Below are positions 13,921-27,607 of a DNA stretch of 64,000 nucleotides, one piece after another (positions within the stretch are counted from its first letter, which is position 1; each line of letters opens with the position of its first letter). A model generated the notes under the pieces. The model worked only from the letters and a program-made list of their open reading frames with translations, did no database searches and was not told where the DNA came from. The position numbers were made by a program, and so were the translations under genes. Origin of the DNA: Octopus vulgaris (lineage: Eukaryota); assembly GCA_951406725.2 (NCBI GenBank), contig OX597832.1:55614001-55678000 (forward strand), in the 5' to 3' direction.

Positions 13921-14115
13921 GTTAATCCAAACATGAACAAAGAGAAAGCACAACAACGCGTGGACGTGGAATAAGTATAGTGTTAATGGACGCTCAAGAA
14001 AGGAAAGAAAGAAAGAGGATTTAACGTTTCGAGCGGAGCTCTTCGTCAGAAACATAGAAAAAGGAAAGTTCCAATGAAGGGAAGACGGAGAAAGAAAATC
14101 GCCAACGATACGCAC
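13921..14115 (-). mobile_element. ~200-bp non-autonomous Penelope-associated repeat, same family as 51775-51981
   Basis: reverse complement aligns by eye with 51775-51981; both give FPFSMFLTKSSARNVKSSFFLSF in the ORF track. Confidence 0.75.
14020..14054 (-). ncRNA. minimal hammerhead ribozyme motif
   Basis: TGTTT-CTGACGA-A-GAGC-TCC-GCTC-GAAAC-GTT-AAA; palindromic AACGTT in place of stem III, as in Penelope minimal hammerheads. Confidence 0.65.
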
Positions 14116-14165
14116 GCATTCACACGCACACACAAACACACACACACACATACACACACACACAC

Positions 14166-14198
<33 letters not shown>

Positions 14199-16380
14199 CA
14201 TATATACGACAGGCTTCTTTCAGTATCCGTCTACCAAATCCACTCACAAGGCTTTGGTCGGCCCGAGGCTATAGTAGAATACACTTGCCCAAAGTGCCAC
14301 GCAGTGGGACTGAACCCGGAACCATGTGGTTGGTAAGCAAGCTACTCCCCACACAGCCACTCCCGCGCCTATAATGGGTTCTCATTAATTCCTACAATTT
14401 GCTCATTTGTTTACGTCTATGCCCTCAAATGTATCTTCTTTCTATTTAGGTTTCCTAGAGGGGTTATATAATTTTTACGCACTGTTTATTACTTGTTTGT
14501 CTTTATATTTCACCAGTGTTCTACGCAATTCACTCAACTATATAATTCAGTCACGCACCAGTAAACACGTAACACATCTTTTATGTCTTATGTGTGCGTT
14601 CGGCCTTCATTTTTTCTGTTTTATACTTGTTGCCTTCGCTGCATGTTTTCTCTTTAGGCATGCTCTGTTTGAGTTCAATTAATATTTCTGCCGTTTATGT
14701 CTTGTCTTGCCTCGTCGCTGCTTCTGTTCAGTTTCTGGCGTACCATATCATCGAGGCTACGCTGTCATCTCGTAACATTTCATCCAGCATGAATAGAAAG
14801 AGAGAAAACCGTTCGTAACGTGTGGCGTAATGCGTATACACTTATTCCTCTGTCGTAATCTAATTTCTGCACCTTCGCTGTGCGCTCTTAATTTTAAGCT
14901 GATAAATTTACTCCGATTCCCTTGTGTCTCAGAAAACTCGAGTATTTGCTATAGAATCTCATTCCTTTCATTTGCTATATTTCCAATTGCTTTCTGCATG
15001 GGTGATTAGTGAAGTCAGCACTGATACTGTAAGAGAAAATTAAGTATCGTAGCCTGGCAGATTCCCTGTGAAATGAAATGGTTTATCAAGGCATAAATTC
15101 TGCTTGAAATTTTGTTTTATCAGTTTGTAAATACGCCTACTCTGTTATAAGAATTTGTCAAATTAATTCGAATTAATTTTCGAACCAATTTTTCCTTGTA
15201 TTTGTATTATTTTGTAAGCCGTGTAGTTTTCGTTGTATTATTGATTGTGTCAATAGTCGTTAAAACTAAATATTGGGAAAACATGAAAGATATTAAACAT
15301 AGCATTCATGCACACACACACATACACACACAGATAGTGTGTGTATGTGTGTGCGTGCGTGTGTGTGTGTATGTGTACTGAAGTTTATGGGCATGTTTAT
15401 TAAAGTACTCAATGCAATTTTATAGAGTGCTTTACGTGTATGTAGAAGTGATTATGGCATTAAATCCATATCCTGGTTTCACGCAGCGGCAGCAAACCAA
15501 TTGTGTACCTGCTCTACTCATTGATAAGACATAATATGCGGGAATACTCTTCATCGGCTGTCGACTAGTGATCACATCGGTTTCGGCATCTGCCGATAAT
15601 ACCGCTATCGTTCTTTCCGTTGGTACCAAAGAGACATTGATGCTATTAGGAAATACCCGGTTTCTCTTAGCACACACTGTCACATGCAATTTTCTTCTCA
15701 TCATCCATGCAGCCACTACACCAAGTCGGGTACGCCTATAAACACTCCACCACCCAGCAATTATGTTGATTTACTCATCACAGAAGATTTGGTCTTTACT
15801 CACAGATATATTCCTTCGTTCACCTATGTCTGCCATATCCACGAAGGAGTAATTTCCGCAACCTTCCCTAGCTCATGAATCACTTCTTTGCTGTTCTTCC
15901 TAAGTCCGATGCTAGCCACAAAAGACGCAGCAGATCTCGCCACAAAAGACGCAGCAGATCTCGCCACAAACCCATGCCATCCCACCTCTATCAAAAGCAC
16001 CACATAGCGTGCTCCATACGATTCCCCAAGTCTTTCCCATTTTAAGGCCTTTCCTTTAATGTACCCAGTCTGCAGTATTTTCCTAAAGTAACCACAATTC
16101 CACAATGAAAACTTTTTTCTTCGATCAGACCACACAATAAAATCAAGCCGTTACTTTATTACTGAAGAATACAAGTATTTTCTTGAAATTCAGCTGCGCT
16201 TTTCATTCGTTAGCATCGTATAAAAGCCAGGTTTGCTTAAGACTTGGAATAGATCTGGGCTAGAAAGGGCATGGGGTCGCGAATGGCGACGAAAGGACTA
16301 TGCAAAACCTAATTGGTTGGTTGACAGAAAGATTAATCAAACAATCGATTGTTTAATTGGTTAATTGTTAAGGAATTGAC

Positions 16381-16723
<343 letters not shown>

Positions 16724-17274
16724 GCTCTGATGCAGTACCAGATAGTGGATCCCGTGGCTTCTGATCTTAACTGATTGGAAGTGTTATCATGTACATTGTT
16801 TTGTCTTGGTATAAAAGATGGGCTACAGCAAATATTCTGCTCAATACCACAGATTTGCTTGTCAGTTGTTTGACCTTAACCAGTTGAGCATGTCCCTTAG
16901 TGGCTGACGATATGTGCATCTCTGATCTCGAGCAGAAGTAGTGGGGGAGCATCATAGCCGTGTGTTGAGAGGGATTCTTTGGGGTTTTAATAATTCACCT
17001 CTGGAAACATGGGTGTTTCGTTCAACGTCCTTAAACAACCCTTATTCAGGGACCTTTTGAGCGGGATGGGCTACTCAACATGAAGAAAATTCTAACTGGG
17101 CCCTACCTGCAAGGTCATGTGCAGTTTGTCTTGATATGAGATCACCATGTCGCACACACATGGTTGTGATGCATGTGCCTGGTGTACCCTTATCAGACGG
17201 GTAGTCATGATGGGTATACTGGGCTTCGTATATTTCACCCGTTTCACTTTGATGGCATACACTGCTCTCTCACT
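16724..17274 (+). mobile_element. ~550-bp non-coding element inserted in (TAA)n, possibly R4/Dong-derived
   Basis: complex sequence with (TAA)n on both sides (16381-16723, 17275-17383); Dong elements are known to target TAA repeats. Confidence 0.55.
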
Positions 17275-17295
17275 ATAATAATGATAGTAATAATG

Positions 17296-17379
<84 letters not shown>

Positions 17380-17384
<5 letters not shown>

Positions 17385-17600
17385 GGTTTCAAATTTTGTC
17401 GCAAGGGCAGCAATTTGGAGAGAGTGGATGAGTCGATTACATCGACCCCAGCGTTCAACTGTTACTTATTTTATCGACCCCGAAAAGGATGAAGGTTAAA
17501 GTCGACCTCGGCGGAATTTGAACACAGAACGTAGTAACGGGCGAAATACCGCTAAGCATTTCGTCCGGCGTGCTATCGTTTTCTGCCAGCTCACCGCCTT
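17380..17600 (-). mobile_element. family B SINE
   Basis: AAAGTCGACCTCGGCGGAATTTGAAC...TTCTGCCAGCTCACCGCC. Confidence 0.8.
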
Positions 17601-17934
17601 AATGATAATTATGATAATAATAAAAACTCTAAAATATTTCCAGTGCGTGTGTTTATCATTGGCAAAATGACCCACACAAGATGCAACAATATATACACGC
17701 ACACACTCACTCACACATGCACATGCGTACACGCACACACACGCACACACACACATACAACATTGCATATACACACATACTGAGTGTCATTATAAGTTTC
17801 CACCTAAGTGGAAGTAAAAAAACCGGTCAAATTCTTATACAGATCAATATTCCAATATTTTATGTGACCCTCGAATAAAACATATTCCGTTGATTTAATT
17901 ATTTACCTCCTTCGATTTCCCTCAGGCTTTTACC

Positions 17935-18335
17935 GGCTCTGTGGTATGTAGCTTGCTTACCAACCACTTTGCTCTTGGTTCAGTCCCACTGCGTGGCACC
18001 TTGAGCAAGTGTCTTCTACTATAACCTCGGACCAACCAAAGCCTTGTGAATGGATTTGGTGGACAGAAACTGAAAGAAGCCCGTCGTATATATGCATATA
18101 TATATATATGTGTGTGTGTGTGTTTGTGAATCTGTGTTTGTCCCCCCCCCACATCGGTTGACAACCGATGCTGGTGTGTTTGAATCCCCGTAAATTAGCG
18201 GTTCGGCAAAAGAGACCTAGTATTTTGTAAGTACTAGGCTTACAAAGAATAAGTCCTGGGGTCGATTTTCTCGACTAAAGGCGGTGCTCCAGCATGCCGC
18301 AGTCAAATGACTATAACAACTAAAAGAATAAAGAG
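17935..18335 (+). mobile_element. family A SINE
   Basis: GGTTCAGTCCCACTGCGTGGCACCTTGAGCAAGTGTCTTC...GGCGGTGCTCCAGCATG. Confidence 0.85.
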
Positions 18336-18794
18336 GGTGTTAAGGTGAAGAACTTTTCTTTGCAACTACACGACTCTTTGAACAAGAGGCCTTTACAAAA
18401 GCTTCTTGGTCCCATCAAAAACCTTAAGGAAATTTCTAACCGGAAATTTCTCTGTTCGTTTTGGGGTATCTTACAGAATTAGTTTGTCACGTGGTTCAAT
18501 ACCACCAACTGGTCATTGAACGCTTATAGTAGGGACCAATGCGTTGTAAGCAATCGGGCCGGGGTTCCGGCTTGAGAAGAACCCCTCCTCTTTCTCCTAC
18601 AACACTCGCAGGCTGTGAAAAGTGTCATGGCCGCTAGCTATCTTTTTCTGACTTAATTAATTATATCTTTAATTAGTAACCAGTTCCTAATTATTTGTAT
18701 CTCTTAATTAGTAACGAGTTCGTAGTCAGTTTTATCCAACAATTACTGATTAACCCAACTGATTTACCATATGGGAGTTAACCGAACTTTAGAC

Positions 18795-19222
18795 TCCCTC
18801 CTCTCTCTCTCATCTTTCTCTCTCTCTCATCTTTCTCTGTCTGTCTGTCCCTCTCATCTCTGTCTGTCTGTCTCTCTCATCTCTCTCTGTCTCTCCCCTT
18901 CTCTCTGTCTTTCTCATCTTTCTGTCTCTCCCATCTCTCTCTGTCTCTCTCATCTCTTTCTGTCTCTTTCATCTCTCTCCCCTCTTTCTCCCCTCTCTCT
19001 CTGCCGTCTCTCTCTCCCCTATCTCTCCTCTCTCGCCCCTCTCTCTCTTCCCTCTCTCGCCTTCTTCCCACCCTAACCAACCTTCTCTCCCTCTCCCCCA
19101 CCCTCTCCATCCTCTTCCTTTCCCTCATCTCCCGCTCCCCATCACCCTCTCCCCATCTCCTCTCCCACTTTCCACTCTCTCCGTTTCCCTTTATCTCTCT
19201 TCCCCCCTTTCTTCCTATCTTC
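18795..19222. repeat. pyrimidine-rich (CT/CCT) low-complexity tract
   Basis: direct reading. Confidence 0.85.
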
Positions 19223-19309
19223 TTTGGCAAGTAAAACATGTCTTCCTACAATGAACCTCCCAATAATTCAACCCAAGTCTCTCTGTTTTAACAGTTTACC
19301 CTCTCTGTA

Positions 19310-19430
19310 AAAGCGCGTAGCTTAGTGGTTAGGGCATTCGGCTTACGATCGCAAAGTCCTGAGTTCGATTCCCGGCGGCGCGTTGTGTCCTTTATTTCAC
19401 GCTGCTAGCAAAAATGAGTTTTACCTAATT
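19310..19430 (+). mobile_element. tRNA-like SINE head fragment
   Basis: GTAGCTTAGTGGTTAGGGCATTCGGCTTACGATCG...GAGTTCGATTCCCGG. Confidence 0.6.
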
Positions 19431-19451
19431 CAGAAAGAGCCAGCCATGGCC

Positions 19452-19800
19452 AACCACATGGTTCCGTGTTCAGTCCCATTGCGTGGCACCTCGGGCAAGC
19501 GTCTTCTAGTATAGCCGTGGACCGACCAAAGCCTTGCGAATGGATTTGGTAGACAGAAACTGAAAGAAACCCGCTGTATACATATGTGTGTATGTGTGTA
19601 TGTGAGTGTCTGTCTACCCACCATCGCTTGACAACCGGTATTGGTTTGTTTACGATCGCGTAACTTAGTGGTTCGGCAAAAACGAGGCGATGGAATGAGT
19701 ATCAGATTTAATAATAATGATAACTACGAGGTTCGATTTGTTCTACTGAAACCCTTCAAGGCGGTGCTCCAGCATGGCCGCATTGAAGCAAATAAAATAT
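19452..19800 (+). mobile_element. family A SINE, diverged
   Basis: CCAACCACATGGTTCCGTGTTCAGTCCC...AAGGCGGTGCTCCAGCATGGCC. Confidence 0.75.
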
Positions 19801-19901
19801 ACAAGAGAAATGGATGTTTGCACAGTGTATCCTGATAGAGGTCGGAGATAAATCTGCATTTACTCCTCTCTCCCTCCCTCCCGTCCATGCGCGCGCGTAC
19901 A

Positions 19902-19951
<50 letters not shown>

Positions 19952-20521
19952 TACACAGATACACACCTCTATAGTTACGTTCGTTTTAGACGAGACAACA
20001 CTTTTATGTTGCTTTTGTTGTGTCCGAAATCAAACCCTAATCGAACAGACCTCTGATCAAACTGCGTTCCAGTTATGGCCATCCCCGCCCTCCAGTAATA
20101 TGGAGCAAATAGTTCATGATCCACTTGCTTCTTCCTATTTCAAGACGACAGGCTGTAATTAAAGAGTAATTTGGTTGCTATTTTTAGTAAGTCGAACTAC
20201 CGCTAAGAGGCTCCCTCGTTCACTTGTAGCCGACCAATGAAACAACTCGTTGCTATTTAATCGCGTGTTTTGTTGCAAAGGAAAAAAAAAAGATTAACCA
20301 CCCCCTCCTCTAAATGCGGTGAAGGCGGTGGTGGAGTTGCTGTGTGTGTGTGTGTGTGTGTGGTGGTGGTGGGGGGCGTTTAATCGCATACATTAGAATT
20401 CGTTTAAACATGTCTAGCTATTTTTATTATCGATTCGTTTAGATTATCGATAATTCTCGCTGATAGAGCTTTCTTTTGTCGAAATGAACTCTGTTTCTTT
20501 TTTTAAAATCTATTTTACAAG

Positions 20522-20644
20522 CTTCAAGCGCAATTAAAAACAAAAGAAAAAGATCAGCGAAGACTGGAGCTATTAAAAGAATCCCTTTCGACCTGGGTTG
20601 CTCAATCTGCTTGTAATAGCTGTCAAACCACTCCCACAGAATAA
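20522..20644 (+). CDS. possible terminal coding exon (LQAQLKTKEKDQRRLELLKESLSTWVAQSACNSCQTTPTE*)
   Basis: pyrimidine tract then AAG acceptor at 20519-20521, 40 open codons of coiled-coil-like composition, AATAAA at 20733; no homology recognised. Confidence 0.2.
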   Translation, partial: LQAQLKTKEKDQRRLELLKESLSTWVAQSACNSCQTTPTE

Positions 20645-20813
20645 AGGACACATTAGACCATGGGACCTCAGTTTCCGAACCACGGAACAGTAGCAGGCTG
20701 TGGATCGGTTCGTGCAGAACCACACAGAAAAGAATAAATTTTAAAATTTGATATCCATTTTATTGACTATCTCAGTCTGTTGGGTGTCTTATTCTATTAT
20801 ATATGTATTATAA

Positions 20814-21330
20814 AGGCGGCGAACTGGCAGACACGTTCGCGCACCGGGCGAAATACCACTAAGCATTTCACCCGTCGTTACGTTCTGAGTTCAAATTCCG
20901 CTGAAGTCGACTTTGCCTTTTATCCTTTCGGGGTCGATTAAATAAGTACCAGTTACCCACAGGGGTCGATGTAATCGACTTAATCCCTTCCCTTAAATTT
21001 GAGGCCTTGTGCTTCGAGTAGAATGGATTGTTGTTATTATTTTTATTAAGGCGGCGAGCTGGCAGAAACGTTAGCACGCCGGGCGAAATGTTTAGCGGTA
21101 TTTCGACTGTCTTTACGTTCTGAGTTCAAATTCCAACGAGGTCGACTTTGCCTTTTATCCTTTGCGGATCGATAAAATAAGTACCAGTTACGCCGGGCGA
21201 AATGTCAATATAATCGACTGGCCCCCTCCCCCCAAATTTCGGGCCTTGTGCCTTGAGTAGAAAAGATTATTATAAAGGCGGTGAACTGGCAGAATCGTCA
21301 GCTGCATTTCGTCTGCCTTTACGTTCTGAG
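20814..21330 (+). mobile_element. cluster of three family B SINE copies
   Basis: GGCGG(C/T)GA(A/G)CTGGCAGA heads at about 20815, 21049 and 21277. Confidence 0.8.
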
Positions 21331-22024
21331 TCGACCCGGGAGTATAGTAGAAGACACTTTCCCAGGGTGTCACGCAGTGGGAATGAACCGCGAACCATAT
21401 AGTTTGGAATCAAACATCTTACCACGCAGCCACGCTTACTGCCTAGAGCCACGCCCGCACCTATTGATGTACGAATGATATATGATGGTGGTTGAACCTC
21501 GTAATATTTTTTTGAGACAACATAATATTGTCTTGGTTCCAACATTCGGCAAATATTTTCATTTAATATCTCCGTATATTCTGAGTTCTTCTTATTTATT
21601 CTCACAGAACTACACATTTTATTCTCATATAAGTAATATCTTTGCTGTTGTCATTCTATGAAATTATACATTTTTTTCTTCTTCATACATCTATTAACTA
21701 CATCTAATGTGAATGCTTGCGTGCATGTATGTATATATAATATAATATAACCTAATGTAGTATGATATATATATATATATATATATGGATAATTAGATAG
21801 CTAACACTTTTATATACACTTTCGGAGTTAACATTTCGTTTTTATCTTGGTAATGAGAAACTTCGTGTCGCTTAGTGTATATGCAAATATGCAAGTGCAA
21901 ATTATATATGTATATATGTATATATGTATATATGTATATATGTATATATATACATATATATATACAAATATATATATATATATATGTATGCATATATATA
22001 TATATATGTATATGTATATATGTA

Positions 22025-22083
<59 letters not shown>

Positions 22084-22946
22084 ATATGTATGTATATATA
22101 TTAATTCATACATATACCATAAATGTTTACACACACACACGCACACGTTTATGTGCACATAATGCATAAATGAATTATTTATATGCATTCTATATGAACG
22201 CTAGAGATAGATGTATTATTAACATTTAAATATTGTATCGTGATTTATTTCTCATTTCCCTACTCTTTCTCTTCTTGTTCGTCTTGTTCTTCTCTTCACT
22301 GATATTCAATTTCCTCTTCTGCTTCCCCTCTTTTTTTCTTCTTCTTTTCACTTCCTCCTCACACTACCCCTCGCGCATAAACCACGTCTTCCACTCTCTC
22401 ACACACACACACTACCCTTTCGCTCCTGTCTCGCTCACTCCGACGTCATTAGAAAAAAGCTCAATGAAACAAATAGCTGTTTAATGTGTCACATCTGCAG
22501 CGAACGACCACAACGATGACGATCGCAACAACAATAGCAACAACAACAAGTAAATAGCAAAAAAAAAAAATGAAAGAAAAATGGTTCCAGTACCATTTTA
22601 ATTCAGTTCTTTTGTCGTGTTAACGTTTCTGCGTCTGGCAATACCATTAAGAACAGAAACACACTTACACACACACGCACGCACGTACGCATGCGCACGC
22701 GCACAAACAAACACATGCCTGCGCGCGCGCACACTTGCGCACGCACACGCGCGCGTATCATTTCTGTAGCATTGCGTTACTAAATATCTTATATGGTTGT
22801 ATCGATTATTTTTCATGGTATTTATAAATAAAGATGGCCGCTAGCATTTGGCCTGGACCAACCACGAAACCATTTATAATAGTAGGTGCGACAAAAACAC
22901 TTGTCACCCTAAAAAATCTGGTCCTTTGGCCGTCCCCTCTAAATGA

Positions 22947-23622
<676 letters not shown>

Positions 23623-24116
23623 TATGAATATGGCCCTACAGGTTGAGGAGCGGCCGGTTTTTGATGGGTAGTGTTTCTAAATCGGAAAGAAGGAATGCTA
23701 GAATTTCCTTATCTTAGTCACACAGCATCATTTACCTGACAGCAGGGTTAGAGCAGGTGAAAACAAAGAGGAAATGATACAAAAAGTAAAGCAGCGAACT
23801 TTCTGGAATGGTATGCGTAGTTTCTAATTTATTTATTTATTTATTTATTTATTTATTATTTGTATATTTATTTTTTTATTGTTGCCGAGATCGATTTCGT
23901 GGTTTCCGCAATAAAGAATTGATTTCTCAACGAGCGAGACACTTTAGCAACGGCTACATACGAATTGAGAAAAAAAACAACAACCCTACGGAATATTAAA
24001 ATTATATGCGTGTGTGTGTGTTTGTATGTGTGTGTGTGTGTATGTGTGAATGCGCGCGCGCAATCGTGTGTGTATATGTGGGTGCGCGTTCGAGTGTGAG
24101 CGTGTGTGTGATTGTG

Positions 24117-24172
<56 letters not shown>

Positions 24173-24266
24173 AATATATAAACACAAACACAATCACAAC
24201 TCACGCTTACACTCGAACGCGCGCCCACACACACACACACACGCTCACACACGATATATATGTATA

Positions 24267-24620
24267 GTGAAGGCACATGGATCAGTGGTTAGGGTGTCGG
24301 GCTTATAAAAGCGTGGTTCTGAGTTCGATTCCCAGTCCTGGTTGTGGGTTGTGTTCTTGAGCAAGACACTTTATTTCACCTTGCTCCAGTTCGCTCAGCT
24401 GTAGAAATTGAGTTGTGACGACACTGGTGCCAAACTGCATCGGGCCCCTTTGCCTTTCCGTTGGATAACATCAGAGGCATAGAGAGGAGAGGCTGCTATG
24501 CATGTGCGACTGCTGGTCTTCCATAAACAACCTTACCCGGACTTCAAGCCTCGGAGGGGGACATTCTAGGTGCAATCCCATGGCCATTCGTGACTGAAGC
24601 AGGGTGTTTACCCTTTTACC
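24267..24620 (+). mobile_element. tRNA-derived CORE-like SINE, family D (copy at 38644-38997; 3' fragment at 60690-60820)
   Basis: TGGATCAGTGGTTAGG, GAGTTCGATTCCC, GTGTTCTTGAGCAAGACACTTTATTTCAC. Confidence 0.75.
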
Positions 24621-24633
24621 GTATGTATGTATG

Positions 24634-24706
<73 letters not shown>

Positions 24707-24793
24707 TTTTATATATAAAAAAAAATGCAGAATGCTCAAATGAAAGAAAATTTTAATAAAATGAGAAATTGATAAAATATATAAATATATATT

Positions 24794-25214
24794 TATTCAA
24801 CCGGTTTTCGTCATTGTATGACTTGTCAAGAATATTTATGTTTTAAAAAGTTTTTTTAAAAATTAGAAAGGGGAAAAAAAGAAAATTGCATTGTTTTTTG
24901 TAAAAGAATAATGATAAAAATGTACAAAAATTAAAAAATAAGTACTCCGATACATTGTGAGTTCGTTGTGTATCTTGAGTTTTATGATTGTTCACGAAAA
25001 AATTACCTTGAGGTGTTAAGATCCAAAGGGATTAAGAGCATGTGTTGTGTTGTTTAATTCAGCATGTTTGCAGGACAGGAAGTAGTAGTAATTGTGGTTC
25101 TTCAGTTCCTGTGTTTTGAGTAAGGGGAGACAACTCTTTTGAGTTCTTCAATAAAACCCAAATTATAAAATTATCATTTTAGCTTCATTTGCGTTATCTT
25201 TTTTATATAATTGC
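24794..25214 (-). mobile_element. Penelope-like element 3' segment (C-terminus, 3' UTR, degenerate hammerhead-like motif at 24794-24834)
   Basis: minus strand LYKKDNANEAKMIIL then FIEELK after a frameshift; TATTC-TTGACAA-GTCAT-ACA-ATGAC-GAAA-ACCGGTT-GAATA. Confidence 0.45.
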
Positions 25215-25753
25215 TTGTTAGACAACACTACACTGAAAACCACCCAACCTAACACCACACACAACCTCAAAATACTTCCATACATTTCCACCCACAACCC
25301 CCAAAATATCGAAGCATACACCACAATCATACAAAACCTCAGTCTACTGTCAACAGACCCAAAAATGAAAAACATTATAAATACACACAAAATCCTCAAA
25401 TGCAAAAGGCAACACAAATCTTTAAAAAAACTCTTGACAAATGCCAAACTTCACACACCACATCCACCCCCAACAGTAAAAAAATGTGCACGCTCAAACT
25501 GTGGTACCTGCCCCTTTCTACTTGAAGGCTCTGAATTTACCTTCAAACAAGGTACGAAGTTTAAAATCAAGACTAACTTCTCCTGTTCCTCCGAGAACCT
25601 TATCTACGTTCTCGCATGCGCTGGTTGCCAACATAATTACGTTGGACAAACGAGTCTCCCGTTACGTAAACGAGTAACGGTGCATAAAGAACAAATAAAT
25701 CTCCCGGAATACCGACAAATTCCACTGAGTGACCACTTAGACTCATGTGCTAA
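25215..25753 (+). mobile_element. Penelope-like element fragment: RT thumb, Zn-finger linker and GIY-YIG endonuclease (Neptune-type)
   Basis: LPYISTHNP, KKCARSNCGTC, FSCSSENLIYVLACAGCQHNYVGQT..LRKRVTVH. Confidence 0.9.
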
Positions 25754-25957
25754 AGTATTTAGAGTGTGTGCGAAGTGGGGATGGATGGATCATTTCCTTT
25801 GAATGGCGCAGAACCTTAAGCGGCCTTTTGTATCATTTTGGAAACCGAAAGCACATCCTTCCAGCAGGCTGAACCATATATACCTGTTTTAAGGCGGCGA
25901 GCGGGCAGAAACGTTAGCACGCCGCATATATATATACATATATACACATATATACAC

Positions 25958-26002
<45 letters not shown>

Positions 26003-26015
26003 TTATCTAAGTTAT

Positions 26016-26060
<45 letters not shown>

Positions 26061-26079
26061 TACATATACATATACATAT

Positions 26080-26110
<31 letters not shown>

Positions 26111-26171
26111 TACATACATATATACATACATATATACATACATATATATAAATACATACATATATATATAT

Positions 26172-26330
26172 ATGACGGTCTTCTTTCAGTTTCCGTCTAC
26201 CAAATCCACTCACAAGGTTTTGGTCGGCCCGAGGCTATAGTAGAAGACTCTTGCCCAAGGTGCCACGCAGTGGGACTGAACCCGGAACCATGTGGTTGGT
26301 AAGCAAGCTACTTACCACACAGCCACTCCT
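26172..26330 (-). mobile_element. family A SINE 5' half (copy at 40531-40689)
   Basis: CTTCTTTCAGTTTCCGTCTACC...CCACACAGCCACTCCT. Confidence 0.8.
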
Positions 26331-26643
26331 TCAACATTAACATTTTGCAGTGCAATTAAATTACTATTCTCGTTGTGCTTGTTTTCTTTTCTGTCTGTGA
26401 ACAGCGACATTTTGTTTATTATCAATTTTCTTTCCGTGGCAGTGGGGTTAGTATTTTGGCTCGAAGTTTCCGTAACCATTTTTTTTCTGTATGTAGACAA
26501 CGTGAAGATGAAATAAAATTTAACGCAGGCCAGGACCAGGTCTGTAGTCTGAGGACCCCGACATGCCCCACCCGCCTCTGAGACTGTATAAGAGTCATGG
26601 CTACTGCCTCACCCTCCTGACTAAAAAAACAAAAAATTAAATA

Positions 26644-27524
26644 CAGGCATACCTCGACTTACGTCGGTAATTGCTTTCCAAGACATGCGACTTAATCTGT
26701 AAAATCCTCGAAAAACGATGTAACACGAACAGGCATTTATTCTTTTCTACTCTAGGCACAAGGCCCGAAATTTTGGGGGAGGGACCATCGATTAGATCGA
26801 TCTCAGTCCGCAGCTGGTACTCAATTTATCGACCCCGAAAGGGTGAAAGGCAAAGTCGACCTCGGCGGAATTTGAACTCAAAGCAAAAAGACAGACAAAA
26901 TACCCATTTCTTTACTACTCACAAGGGGCTAAACACAGAGAAGACAAAGAAGGACAGACAAACAGATTATATCGGGGTTGATTATATCGAGCCCAGTGCA
27001 TAACTGGTACTTATTTAATCGACCCCGAAAGGATGAAAGGCAAAGTTGACCTCGGCGGAATTTGAACTCACAACGTAACGGCAGACGAAATACCTATTTC
27101 TTTACTACCCACAAGGGGCTAAACACAGAGGGGACAAACAAGGATAGACAAATAGATTAAGTCGATTACATCGACCCCAGTGCGTAACTGGTACTTAATT
27201 TATCGACCCCGAAAGGATGAAAGGCGAAGTCGTGCTAACGATTCTGCCAGCTTGCCGCCCTCAGACAGACATTTATTAAAAATTAATTAGCTTGTATCTG
27301 TTTTAATAAATGGTTTATACATGTTTGTACAAGTATTTTATACGATTTGATCTTTCCACATCAATATTAGTATTTAGGTGTTTTGTAATATCTTTATGCT
27401 TTGAGACCGTCGTCAGGTTGGATAAATCGACTCTAATTTCGATTAATTTTTTTCCATTAATTTCTATAAAAAAAAAACGTAAATCGAAAGAGACGTAACT
27501 TGACGTCGTAAGTCGAGGTATGCC
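26644..27524. mobile_element. Tigger/pogo-like MITE containing a nested family B array (26740-27260, minus); copy at 41002-41883
   Basis: TA|CAGGCATACCTCGACTTACG ... CGTAAGTCGAGGTATGCC terminal inverted repeats. Confidence 0.75.
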
Positions 27525-27607
27525 GAGGTACCTTGTGATCTATCAAAAAACATTCATGATTGGTTGTTGTGCTTGTTGTTGATGTTGTTTAGAATTAACT
27601 CGATTTA

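Larger units (their letters stand above)
13622..14370 (-). mobile_element. family A SINE with nested hammerhead-bearing repeat in its microsatellite
   Basis: tail 13622-13810, head 14205-14370, nested element 13921-14115. Confidence 0.85.

Noticed and set aside
15824-16135. 103-aa minus-strand ORF with a repeated FVARSAAS
   Set aside because: The repeat is a 24-bp tandem duplication; the region looks like a heavily decayed LINE that I cannot assign.
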